Positions 46,808 to 55,772 of a stretch of DNA of 64,000 nucleotides are shown here, one piece after another. The stretch's first letter is position 1. Every line of letters begins with the position of its first letter. Source of the DNA: Bacteroidota bacterium (GTDB lineage Bacteria > Bacteroidota > Bacteroidia > Bacteroidales > UBA12077); assembly GCA_020444275.1 (NCBI GenBank), contig JAHLLG010000001.1, positions 583,773-647,772 of the forward strand, written 5' to 3'. Made by a program: the position numbers and the translations under genes. The notes beneath the pieces are model-generated. The model was not told the DNA's origin. It worked only from the letters and a program-made list of their open reading frames with translations, and did not search any database.

Positions 46808-47191
46808 ATGGATGAAAAGGCACATATAAACTGGAGTGAAAAAAGAATATTAGTAGTTGAAGATGATCTTTTTAGTGCAGAATATTTGGTAGAAGTATTA
46901 TCGGACACCAAAGTCGATGTTGTTTTAACAAAAGATGGCAGTGATGCGGTACAAAAAGTTAAAAACGAGAAATTCGATTTAGTATTAATGGATATACAAT
47001 TACCTGGTATTAGCGGCGACAAAGCTACACAGTTGATACGAGAGTTTAATCAATCCATACCAATTATTGCTCAAACAGCTCATGCCATGTCAAATGATCG
47101 GGAAAAGTATTTAAAAGCCGGATGTAATGATTACCTGGCAAAACCTATATTAATAACCGACCTTTTAATGATATTAAAAAAATATCTTTAG
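46808..47191 (+). CDS. Stand-alone receiver (CheY-like) protein, closest to the kinase's own REC domain
   Basis: ILVVEDD, DLVLMDIQLPGISG, IPIIAQTAHAM, DYLAKPI. Collinear with the hybrid kinase C-terminus (LVEDD..LILMDIHLPKMSG..IPIIAQSAFAM..EYITKPI). Confidence 0.85.
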   Translation: MDEKAHINWSEKRILVVEDDLFSAEYLVEVLSDTKVDVVLTKDGSDAVQKVKNEKFDLVLMDIQLPGISGDKATQLIREFNQSIPIIAQTAHAMSNDREKYLKAGCNDYLAKPILITDLLMILKKYL

Positions 47192-47340
47192 ATACTCTAC
47201 AACTTCTAAAGTGTTGACCTATGTTAAATTATTTGTTAGTATAATTTATAGCAAATTAATTCTTTCAAAAAAAATAACTACCTTCGTAAGTATAAAAAAG
47301 TTAAACCAAGTTTAGCTTATTTATTAGTTTGTTGTTGTTT

Positions 47341-47368
47341 AAGGAGGTCGTTAGGCCTCCTTTTTTTT
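47341..47368 (+). terminator. Strong Rho-independent terminator with no CDS directly upstream (orphan)
   Basis: AAGGAGGUC-GUUA-GGCCUCCUU, a 9-bp stem including one U.G pair, followed by U8. The nearest upstream stop codon is 150 nt away (47191). Confidence 0.6.
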
Positions 47369-47375
47369 ATAAATC

Positions 47376-47387
47376 ACGTATTTATAC
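47376..47387 (+). promoter_or_regulatory. Conserved 12-mer ACGTATTTATAC, copy 3 (within TATAAAT-CACGT-ATTTATA)
   Basis: Exact 12-mer ending 85 nt upstream of the ATG at 47472. An A10 run follows. Confidence 0.35.
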
Positions 47388-47471
47388 TTAAAAAAAAAAG
47401 AATAAAAATTTGTTTATTTGTTTCGATGATAGTTAAATTGATGTAAACAGGTATTAAATATAAAGCTATTT

Positions 47472-47855
47472 ATGGCTACACATGGTAAAATTCTTATTGT
47501 TGATGATATCTCAACACATTTATTGCTTCTTCAAACAATTTTACACGACGAGGGCTATCAAACTAAAATAACTGATGATTCTAAACGTGTTGTTGATATT
47601 TTATTAAAAGAAGAATTTCAGGTTGTGCTATTGGATATTATGATGCCGGGACTAGATGGTATACAGGTTCTGGAGAAGATTAAATCAAACGAAAAGCTCT
47701 CCTCAATTAATGTTATTGTAATTTCTGCTAAAACCGATTCATGGAGTATAAAAAATGCCATGGATAAAGGGGCATTTGATTATATTACGAAACCGATAAA
47801 TATTCAAGATGTACGGAATAAAGTAAAATCCGCTATGATTGAATCAATATTATAG
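47472..47855 (+). CDS. Stand-alone receiver (CheY-like) protein
   Basis: ILIVDD, VVLLDIMMPGLDG, VIVISA, YITKPI. Confidence 0.85.
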   Translation: MATHGKILIVDDISTHLLLLQTILHDEGYQTKITDDSKRVVDILLKEEFQVVLLDIMMPGLDGIQVLEKIKSNEKLSSINVIVISAKTDSWSIKNAMDKGAFDYITKPINIQDVRNKVKSAMIESIL

Positions 47856-47991
47856 TGTAATTTTGGGATTAGGAATTCATGAAAAGAATTAGGGGTTTAG
47901 GCACTAGATCTCTGATTTTTTTTGATTTTAATCCTTTTTTTATAATTTGGAAATTAACAATTAAAACTAGTATTAAGCAAAACTTAAACGT

Positions 47992-49218
47992 ATGAAAAGA
48001 TTTACATTTTTATTCATTCTGATTTTTTTAATGCCCTATTTTATCACAGCTCAGGATCAGCCGGAAAAACTTAGTGTTAATTTTAGTGGATATGTAGGTT
48101 ATAGTTTTTACTTCGACACCTATGAATCTGCTACAACTCGAGATGGACTGGTTTATTTATATCCATTGGCCGAAAATCTAGATGCAAATAACGATGATTT
48201 AAATAAAAACTTTCAGTCACAGATGTTGTCTGTTGAATCCAGAGCAAGATTAACTGCATCTGGCATATCAGCATTTGGAGCCAAATCAAAAGCCGTAATA
48301 GAAGGTGATTTTCTTGGAACAGGTCAACCTTCTACCAGATTGTTCAGACTTAGGCATGCTTTTGCGCAATTAGATTGGGAAAATTCACAATTAATTGTAG
48401 GTCAAACATGGCACCCACTATTTGTTACCGGATGTTTTCCCGGAGTTTTTTCATTTGGAGCAGGAGCTCCTTTTAATCCGCTAAACCGAGCACCACAAAT
48501 TAGATTTACATATAATCCAACTGCTAATTTGGATCTTATGGGAGCATTACTAATGCATGGTGATTTTAAAAGCTCAGGACCAGCCAATGCATTGCAAAAT
48601 TCGGGATTACCCGATATGCAGTTTCAATTCCGTTTTCACAATGATTTAGTATATACAGGATTTACTGCCGGATACAAAGTTTTACAACCCAGAACAGTAA
48701 CTGATAATGGAATTAAAACAGACGAAACCATCGGAAGTTATAATTTTCAAGCATTTGCAAAATTTACCACAAATCCGGTAATTGTAAAAGTACAGGGAAT
48801 TTATGGAGAAAATTTATCACACCTTGTTATGATTGGTGGTTATGGCGCTGATATGGGCGATATAGTTGCTGCAGAAGATGATTATTCATATGTTAATCTT
48901 AAAACATTCTCAATGTGGAGTGAGGTTGCAACTAATTTTAAAAAGCTAAACGGAGCTGTTTTCTTTGGTTATTCGCAGAATCTGGGTGCATCTGATGATT
49001 ATGTGTCGTTAGGATATGCCCGTGGTGAGAACTTACATAGTATCACAAGAATTTCGCCACGTGTGCAGTATACTTCAGGTAAATTAACTTTCATATTAGA
49101 ACATATGATGACAACTGCCATTTATGGCGAAACATTTGATACCAAACAGAAAGCTGACACAAAGGCTGATCCAACCATAAATCATCGTATCCAGCTTGGA
49201 GCTAAATATGCTTTTTAA
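47992..49218 (+). CDS. Putative outer-membrane beta-barrel porin
   Basis: Signal peptide MKRFTFLFILIFLMPYFITAQ, alternating amphipathic beta-strand pattern, C-terminal ..LGAKYAF (aromatic terminal residue). Confidence 0.5.
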   Translation: MKRFTFLFILIFLMPYFITAQDQPEKLSVNFSGYVGYSFYFDTYESATTRDGLVYLYPLAENLDANNDDLNKNFQSQMLSVESRARLTASGISAFGAKSKAVIEGDFLGTGQPSTRLFRLRHAFAQLDWENSQLIVGQTWHPLFVTGCFPGVFSFGAGAPFNPLNRAPQIRFTYNPTANLDLMGALLMHGDFKSSGPANALQNSGLPDMQFQFRFHNDLVYTGFTAGYKVLQPRTVTDNGIKTDETIGSYNFQAFAKFTTNPVIVKVQGIYGENLSHLVMIGGYGADMGDIVAAEDDYSYVNLKTFSMWSEVATNFKKLNGAVFFGYSQNLGASDDYVSLGYARGENLHSITRISPRVQYTSGKLTFILEHMMTTAIYGETFDTKQKADTKADPTINHRIQLGAKYAF

Positions 49219-49245
49219 TGAAACACAATAAATATTAAAGTAGAA

Positions 49246-49275
49246 AAAGGAGAGTTTTGCTCTCCTTTTATATTT
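49246..49275. terminator. Hairpin terminator between convergent genes
   Basis: AAAGGAGAG-UUUUG-CUCUCCUUU followed by U-rich sequence. Confidence 0.55.
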
Positions 49276-49288
49276 TGAATGAAATAGT

Positions 49289-50035
49289 TTATTGATTTTT
49301 TAACTTGATACAATGTGTAATAACCATTCTACAAGCATTTGTATTACCTAATTCACATGCTTTGTGAAAATCATCACATGCTTCTGCATCTTTAACTTGT
49401 TTTAGATGTATCATCCCACGATTGTAATATGCAAAAGGATTTTCAGGATCGATCTCTATAACAATGTTAAAATCTCTTAAAGCTTCTTCATATTCGTTGG
49501 TTTTATAAAACAAATAACCTCGGTAAAGAAAAACATTTGGATTATTGTCGTTAAGCTGAATAGCCTTTGAATAATCACTTAAAGCAGCATCGTATTTTAA
49601 TAATTTCTGATAAGCTGCTCCTCTGTTAACATAAATTTTATTTTCCAGGAGTTTGTCGTTCGAACCTTTCGATAAATCAAGTGCCCTGTTTAAATCATCA
49701 ATGGCATCTTCGTATTTATCCTTATGAATAAGTATTTTCCCACGAGTAAGATAAAAATGAGGATAATCAGAGTTCTTTTTTATAGCATCATCAATTAGTT
49801 TCCCGGCAGCTTTATAATCTTCGAGCATAATTAGTAAATTGGCCTTACCGTCAATGGCTGGTGCGTATGACGGCAAATAATCTAAAGCTTCGTTGTATTT
49901 TTCAAGAGCTTCTTCAAACCGTTTGAGTTTTACCAGATCTTCGGCTATGCCAGTTATTGATCCCACATCGGCTTGCGCATGTCCGGTGAAATTCAGAGTA
50001 ACTATGAAAGAAAGTATTAGAAGAAGATGCTTCAT
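49289..50035 (-). CDS. TPR repeat protein (secreted)
   Basis: Signal peptide from the internal Met (MKHLLLILSFIVTLNFTGHAQ; ORF extends to 50119). Six or more TPR-like 34-aa units (..A...Y..A..L.P.....Y..RG..). Confidence 0.75.
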   Translation of the reverse strand: MKHLLLILSFIVTLNFTGHAQADVGSITGIAEDLVKLKRFEEALEKYNEALDYLPSYAPAIDGKANLLIMLEDYKAAGKLIDDAIKKNSDYPHFYLTRGKILIHKDKYEDAIDDLNRALDLSKGSNDKLLENKIYVNRGAAYQKLLKYDAALSDYSKAIQLNDNNPNVFLYRGYLFYKTNEYEEALRDFNIVIEIDPENPFAYYNRGMIHLKQVKDAEACDDFHKACELGNTNACRMVITHCIKLKNQ

Positions 50036-50102
50036 TTTGCAGAATTTTATCTTTACATGCTTTATGTGGTGAAAATAATAAATATTTTTCAAATATGTAA
50101 GC

Positions 50103-50723
50103 TTATATCGAAGATTCAAACAAAGTTCTGTTTACGATTGATCTTCCCAGTGTAATTTCGTCGGCATATTCTAACTCATCGCCAATAGCTACTCCACGAG
50201 CTAATGTAGTTATTTTAATGTCGTGTTGTTTAAATTTTTTATAGATATAAAAATTGGTTGTGTCACCTTCCATGGTAGTACTTAGAGCTAATATAAGTTC
50301 TTTTGCTTCGCCGTTTTCAATTTTTTTCTGTAGAGAATCTATTTTTAAATCATTAGGACCTATTCCATCCATAGGAGAAATAATTCCGCCAAGCACATGG
50401 TAAATGCCATTAAACTGGTGCGTGTTTTCAATAGACATTACGTCGCGTGCATTTTCAACCACGCATATTAAAGAATGATCGCGCGATTGATTACTACAAA
50501 TATTGCATATGTCCGTGTCGGATATGGTATTGCAACTTTTGCAATGTTTTATCTCATTGCGCAACTTTATAATGGTTTCCCCAAAATGATTCACATCTTC
50601 TTTATCCTGGTTAAGCAAATGTAGAACTAATCGTAGCGCGGTTTTACGTCCAATTCCCGGAAGTTTGGCAAACTCATCAACAGCACTTTCTAATAGTTTA
50701 GATGTAAAACTTTGTATATTCAT
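50103..50723 (-). CDS. recR: Recombination protein RecR
   Basis: ..L..LPGIG.KTA.RL..HLL......C..C........C.IC....RD....CVVE...D....E....F.G.YHVLGG..SP..GIGP is the canonical RecR HhH / Zn finger / Toprim pattern. Confidence 0.95.
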   Translation of the reverse strand: MNIQSFTSKLLESAVDEFAKLPGIGRKTALRLVLHLLNQDKEDVNHFGETIIKLRNEIKHCKSCNTISDTDICNICSNQSRDHSLICVVENARDVMSIENTHQFNGIYHVLGGIISPMDGIGPNDLKIDSLQKKIENGEAKELILALSTTMEGDTTNFYIYKKFKQHDIKITTLARGVAIGDELEYADEITLGRSIVNRTLFESSI

Positions 50724-50843
50724 TAGTTGAGATTATTTCGGTACTTAATTCTGCTCAAAATTAATATCAAATAGAGCGATTAGCAATTTTTTGTTCAAAT
50801 TGTTTTTAGTATCCTTGCATTTATTCATTATAATTTTAGTGCT

Positions 50844-52292
50844 ATGTCTCCATATCTGGTTATATTCATTGTTGTAGCATATTTTTTAGTTCTTATTTCA
50901 ATATCCTATTTTACAAGTAGAAATGCCAATAACGAGGCTTTTTTCCTCGGGAACCGAAAGTCGCCCTGGTTTATTGTTGCCTTTGGAATGATCAGTGCAT
51001 CACTTTCGGGTGTTACTTTTATTTCTGTTCCGGGTTGGGTGGTCGATAGCAATTTTTCATATATGCAAATGGTGTTGGGCTATTTGTTGGGCTATGCAAT
51101 TATTGCAAATGTACTAATGCCCATGTATTACCGTTTAAATTTAACTTCAATATATACTTATTTAGGACAACGATTTGGAAAACACTCCTACAAAACAGGT
51201 GCATCATTTTTCTTGTTATCAAGGGTTATTGGAGCTTCGTTTCGGTTGTTTTTGGTAGCCAATGTGCTTCAAATCACGGTTTTTAATGCACTGGGAATTC
51301 CATTTTGGGTTACCGTGGTTATTACAATCCTGTTAATATGGCTGTATACTTTTAAAGGAGGAATAAAAACTATTATCTGGACAGATAGTTTGCAAACTGT
51401 TTTTATGCTTGCCGCAGTAGGTGTTTCAATAGTTTTAATCAGCAAACAGCTTAATCTTGATTTTAATGGATTAGTTCAAACCGTTGTCGAAAGCAAGCAT
51501 TCAAAATTATTTTACTTTGATGATTTTAGGGGAGCGAATTTCTTTTTTAAGCAGTTTTTTGCCGGCGCATTTATTGCTGTGGTTATGACAGGTCTTGATC
51601 AGGATATGATGCAGAAAAATCTTAGTTGCCGGAATATTCATGAAGCGAAAAAGAATATGTATTGGATGAGTATTTCGTTAGTGCCGGTAAATTTATTGTT
51701 CATGTCGCTTGGAGTGTTGTTAGTTGTGTTTGCACACCAGAATGGGATAGCCATTCCTGAACGTACCGATGATTTATTTCCTTTGATAGCCACACAAGGT
51801 TATTTAAGTCCTGTAGTTGCTGTATTTTTTATTATTGGGTTGGTTGCAGCAGCTTACAGCAGTGCCGATTCAGCATTAACGGCATTAACCACTTCATTTA
51901 CTGTTGATATATTAAACCCTCAAAATAAGACCGAAAAGCAACTAAAAGCTATCAGGAAAAAAGTGCACATTGGTGTTTCAGCAGCCTTAGTTGTGGTGAT
52001 TTTGATTTTTAATGCTATCAATGATGAAAGCGTGATTAGTGCGATTTTTAGAGTAGCTGGATATACGTATGGTCCATTATTAGGAATGTATACTTTTGGA
52101 ATGTTTACCAAACTTAAAACAAAAGATAAATATGTTCCTTTTGTTGCTCTTGCATCGCCTGTTATATGTTATGTGTTAAGTAGTTATTCCAGGGAATTAT
52201 TTAATGGATATGTTTTTGGTTTTGAGTTGGTTATTCTTAATGGATTTATAACATTTACAGGCTTGTGGTTAACAAGAATCCGAAAAAATTAG
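50844..52292 (+). CDS. Sodium:solute symporter (SSS) family transporter
   Basis: 482 aa, about 13 TM segments. ..FFLGNRKSPWF..ASLSGVTFISVPG.. and ..GGIKTIIWTDSLQ.. are typical SSS motifs. Confidence 0.85.
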   Translation: MSPYLVIFIVVAYFLVLISISYFTSRNANNEAFFLGNRKSPWFIVAFGMISASLSGVTFISVPGWVVDSNFSYMQMVLGYLLGYAIIANVLMPMYYRLNLTSIYTYLGQRFGKHSYKTGASFFLLSRVIGASFRLFLVANVLQITVFNALGIPFWVTVVITILLIWLYTFKGGIKTIIWTDSLQTVFMLAAVGVSIVLISKQLNLDFNGLVQTVVESKHSKLFYFDDFRGANFFFKQFFAGAFIAVVMTGLDQDMMQKNLSCRNIHEAKKNMYWMSISLVPVNLLFMSLGVLLVVFAHQNGIAIPERTDDLFPLIATQGYLSPVVAVFFIIGLVAAAYSSADSALTALTTSFTVDILNPQNKTEKQLKAIRKKVHIGVSAALVVVILIFNAINDESVISAIFRVAGYTYGPLLGMYTFGMFTKLKTKDKYVPFVALASPVICYVLSSYSRELFNGYVFGFELVILNGFITFTGLWLTRIRKN

Positions 52293-52336
52293 CATTGAAA
52301 GTATTGATTAAAATTAAAAAGCAATAAAAACACCTC

Positions 52337-54205
52337 TTATTCAGAGGCATTTTTCTTTATGGTATTTTTTATTCCATTCGTAATAGTAGTTACTGAGAAC
52401 CTTGATTTTTTAACGTTTGTTTGTTGTTTCTTTTCATGCTGATAGATCTCGGAAATAATATCAGCATATTTTTCATACACCACATTACGCTTTAACTTTT
52501 GCGTAGGAGATAGTTCGCCGGTTTGCGGGCTCCACTCTTCACACACTAACCGGAATCGTTTTATCTTTTCTGTTTCGCCCAATTCCTGGTTAAACTTGTT
52601 AATTTCTTTTTGGTACCGCGCTACAACTTCTGGTAGTTGAACTAACTCCTTGTTATCGCGATATTGAACCTTATGAATGGTACACCAATCGTGAAGAAAT
52701 TTAAAGTTAGGAGATATAAGCGCACTGGCAAATTTTTCGTTTTCGCCAATAACCATTAACTGCTCAATAAAGAACGATTCTTTCAATTTATTTTCAATAA
52801 CCTGCGGAGCAATGTACTTTCCACCAGATGTTTTAAACATCTCTTTTTTACGATCGGTAATTTTCAGGAATCCGTCTTTATCAATATAACCAATATCTCC
52901 GGTATGGAAATATCCGTCTTCATCGATAGCTTCTTGAGTTAACTCGGGTGCTTTATAGTATCCAAGCATGATATTTGGACCTTTTGCCAGGATCTCTCCA
53001 TCATCATCAATTTTAACATCAACATTTTCAAGTACTGGTCCTACAGTTCCAAATTTGCAGATTTTAGGTGTGTAAAAGTTAACGGCGATAACCGGAGCAG
53101 TTTCTGTTAATCCGTAACCTTCAAGAACCGGCATGCCTGCTGCCCAGAATATTTTTGATAATCTTTCTTGTAATGCGGCTCCTCCCGAAACAATTAATAG
53201 ATCTTCTCCACCAAGCGCTTCTTTCCATTTACTGAAAATAAGTTTTCGGGCAATTTTTAGTTTAATGTTATAAAAAAACCTGTATTTAGTGTTTAATTTA
53301 TACCTCAATCCAAGATTTACAGCCCAAAAGAATATCTGTTTTTTAACTCCCGATAAATTTCTTCCTTTTCCAATGATACCATCGTATACTTTTTCAAGTA
53401 ATCGAGGGACTGTATTAAAAATATGGGGTTTTACATCTTTAATGTCTGATGTAATGGTACCAAGGTTTTCAGCGTAGTAAATGCTTATTCCTTTATATTG
53501 AAAGTGATAATTCATCATCCGCTCATAAACATGACAAAGAGGTAAGAAACTCAATGTTCTGTGTCCATATCCTAAACCATGAGCTTTCGATGTGCTTATA
53601 AAATTGGTAACAAGGTTGTTGTGAGATAGCATTACACCTTTTGAATTTCCGGTTGTTCCTGAAGTATAAATAAGCGTAATCATCTCATGCTTATCGATTC
53701 CAGCTTTTATTTGCAACACTTCGTCTCTGTATTTATTTTCATTCTTTTTACCTTCTTCAATAATAATTTCCCAAGAAGGTAATTCTTCAAAATCATTGAA
53801 TGCATAAGCAGACTGGATGGAATCAACTGCTTCAACTACAGAACTTATCTTGTTCCAGATTAACTTACTGGATACAATTACTGCTTTAACTTCGGAGTGA
53901 TGTAGAATATAACTATACTCTTCAGAACTTATGGTTGGATAAATTGGAACATGAATAACTCCAATTTGGGCTAATCCCATATCTACAAAGTTCCATTCAG
54001 GTCGGTTATTTGATATGGTTGCTATCTTATCACCTTTTTTAAAACCAAGTGCTAATAAACCATAACTAAACCAATTTGCATAATTTATATAATCTTGCGT
54101 GCTATATTTAAACCACTCTCCATTTTTTTTACCCGACAATGCGGCTTCCAAAGGATATAATTCCTTATATCTATCTAATAAATCAAAAGTTCTTGTTATC
54201 TGCAT
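52337..54205 (-). CDS. Long-chain fatty acid-CoA ligase (AMP-binding enzyme)
   Basis: LIYTSGTTGNSKGVMLSH (AMP-binding motif), ..GYGLTET.., ..TGDIGYIDKDGFLKITDRKKE.FK.SGGKYI.P.. Start placed at MQITRTFDLL; ORF extends to 54235. Confidence 0.85.
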   Translation of the reverse strand: MQITRTFDLLDRYKELYPLEAALSGKKNGEWFKYSTQDYINYANWFSYGLLALGFKKGDKIATISNNRPEWNFVDMGLAQIGVIHVPIYPTISSEEYSYILHHSEVKAVIVSSKLIWNKISSVVEAVDSIQSAYAFNDFEELPSWEIIIEEGKKNENKYRDEVLQIKAGIDKHEMITLIYTSGTTGNSKGVMLSHNNLVTNFISTSKAHGLGYGHRTLSFLPLCHVYERMMNYHFQYKGISIYYAENLGTITSDIKDVKPHIFNTVPRLLEKVYDGIIGKGRNLSGVKKQIFFWAVNLGLRYKLNTKYRFFYNIKLKIARKLIFSKWKEALGGEDLLIVSGGAALQERLSKIFWAAGMPVLEGYGLTETAPVIAVNFYTPKICKFGTVGPVLENVDVKIDDDGEILAKGPNIMLGYYKAPELTQEAIDEDGYFHTGDIGYIDKDGFLKITDRKKEMFKTSGGKYIAPQVIENKLKESFFIEQLMVIGENEKFASALISPNFKFLHDWCTIHKVQYRDNKELVQLPEVVARYQKEINKFNQELGETEKIKRFRLVCEEWSPQTGELSPTQKLKRNVVYEKYADIISEIYQHEKKQQTNVKKSRFSVTTITNGIKNTIKKNASE

Positions 54206-54379
54206 AAATACATATGATTGATTCAGAGCATCCAAATATACGAAATTTTATCTTTACGATTATGGCTTTTTAACCTGCTGATTTTTTAATACTTAAGAAG
54301 GATTCAATAAATCTTTATGTAAGTTGTAATTGTATAAAAAAAGTTAATAAATTAGTCGGTCAAAAAAACAAATAATAAA

Positions 54380-55678
54380 ATGAAGAAAATAGTTGTAATC
54401 ACCTTGCTTATTGGATTGATTTCATGTCAAACCAAAACAAATTATAATGATGCTTTAAACACAATAGCAGAAGAATATGTAAAATTAGTTCTGGAAGTTG
54501 GCTTGTACGATTCGTATTATGTAGATGCATATTACGGACCTGAGGAATGGAAGCCTGAACCTCTAACTGAAGAAAATAAAACAATTCCTACAGAAGAGCT
54601 TCTGGTAAAAGTTGAAAAGTTAAGTTTAGAATTAGAGAAAATAGATCGGCAGAAATTAGAAAAGGAGATACAATTGCGACACACATACCTCCTTAAACAA
54701 CTGCGAGCTGTAAAAGGCAGAATTCAATATCTTGGAGGTAAACAATTTACTTTCGACGAAGAAACAGAAGTTTTTTATGATGTTGTAACACCTAATTACA
54801 GTCTTGAGCATTTTCAAGAGTTAATTGATGAATTAGATCAGCTTTTAACTGGCGAAGGAGATTTAACAGATCGATTAACGAAGTTTAAGAGCGACTTTAT
54901 CATTCCAAAAGATAAATTGGAACCTGTATTTAATGCTGCAATAACTGAAGCAAAGGAGCGAACAAAAAAGCATATCCAACTTCCGGAAAATGAAAATTTC
55001 GTTTTGGAGTTTGTTTCGGATAAACCCTGGGGAGGATATAATTGGTATAAAGGAAATAATTTTAGCTTAATCCAAATTAATACAGATTTGCCAATATATA
55101 TCGATAGGGCAATAGATCTGGCGGCTCATGAAGGATATCCGGGGCATCACGTATACAATAGCTTGCTTGAAACAAATATGGTAAAAAAGAATAACTGGGT
55201 TGAGTTTTCAGTTTATCCTTTATATAGTCCCCAATCTTTGATTGCAGAGGGAACTGCAAATTATGGAATTGAAATGGTTTTTCCTGGCGAAGAAAGGATA
55301 AAATTTGAGAAAGAGGTATTATTCCCACTGGCTGGATTAGATTCAAGTAAAGCTGAAAAATTTTATAAGGTGTTAGAGCTGGAAGCAAAAATTAGTTATG
55401 TGAGAAATGCTGCAGCAGAAGCCTATCTTAACAAAGAGAAAACCAAAGAAGAGACCATCGACTGGCTTGTTAAGTATGCATTAAGAAGCAGAAAACGTGC
55501 AGAGCAAAGTCTTAAATTTATTGAAGCGTACCGCAGTTATATTATCAATTATAATGTAGGAGAAGATATGATTAGAAATTATGTTGAAACTAATGCCGGG
55601 GAAAGTAATGATAAAAAGTGGGAATTATTTACCTATTTAATTTCAACTCCTCAGGTACCTTCAAACCTAGTAGAATAA
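54380..55678 (+). CDS. Lipoprotein, DUF885-like (putative metallopeptidase-fold) protein
   Basis: Lipobox LISC. ..AAHEGYPGHHVYN.. resembles the HE..PGHH motif I associate with DUF885. Confidence 0.45.
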   Translation: MKKIVVITLLIGLISCQTKTNYNDALNTIAEEYVKLVLEVGLYDSYYVDAYYGPEEWKPEPLTEENKTIPTEELLVKVEKLSLELEKIDRQKLEKEIQLRHTYLLKQLRAVKGRIQYLGGKQFTFDEETEVFYDVVTPNYSLEHFQELIDELDQLLTGEGDLTDRLTKFKSDFIIPKDKLEPVFNAAITEAKERTKKHIQLPENENFVLEFVSDKPWGGYNWYKGNNFSLIQINTDLPIYIDRAIDLAAHEGYPGHHVYNSLLETNMVKKNNWVEFSVYPLYSPQSLIAEGTANYGIEMVFPGEERIKFEKEVLFPLAGLDSSKAEKFYKVLELEAKISYVRNAAAEAYLNKEKTKEETIDWLVKYALRSRKRAEQSLKFIEAYRSYIINYNVGEDMIRNYVETNAGESNDKKWELFTYLISTPQVPSNLVE

Positions 55679-55688
55679 AAAATCACAC

Positions 55689-55739
55689 TTCGACATGCTC
55701 AGTGTGACAATAGAAAGTTGTCATGTTGAGCTTGTCGAA
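55689..55739 (+). repeat. REP-like imperfect palindrome / terminator hairpin between convergent genes
   Basis: 22-nt arms 55689-55710 and 55718-55739 with a 7-nt loop: 18 Watson-Crick pairs, 3 G.U pairs (plus-strand RNA only) and 1 mismatch. GC-richer than the flanks. Confidence 0.5.
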
Positions 55740-55772
55740 ACATTAACAACTTTCTAATAATTCTTTCAATGA

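Noticed and set aside
47213-47244. TTGACC ... TATAAT pair resembling a sigma-70 promoter upstream of the orphan terminator.
   Set aside because: The spacer is 20 nt by my count, too long for a canonical -35/-10. Bacteroidota primary-sigma promoters use a different consensus (TTTG / TAnnTTTG). It is kept only as weak context for the sRNA hypothesis.
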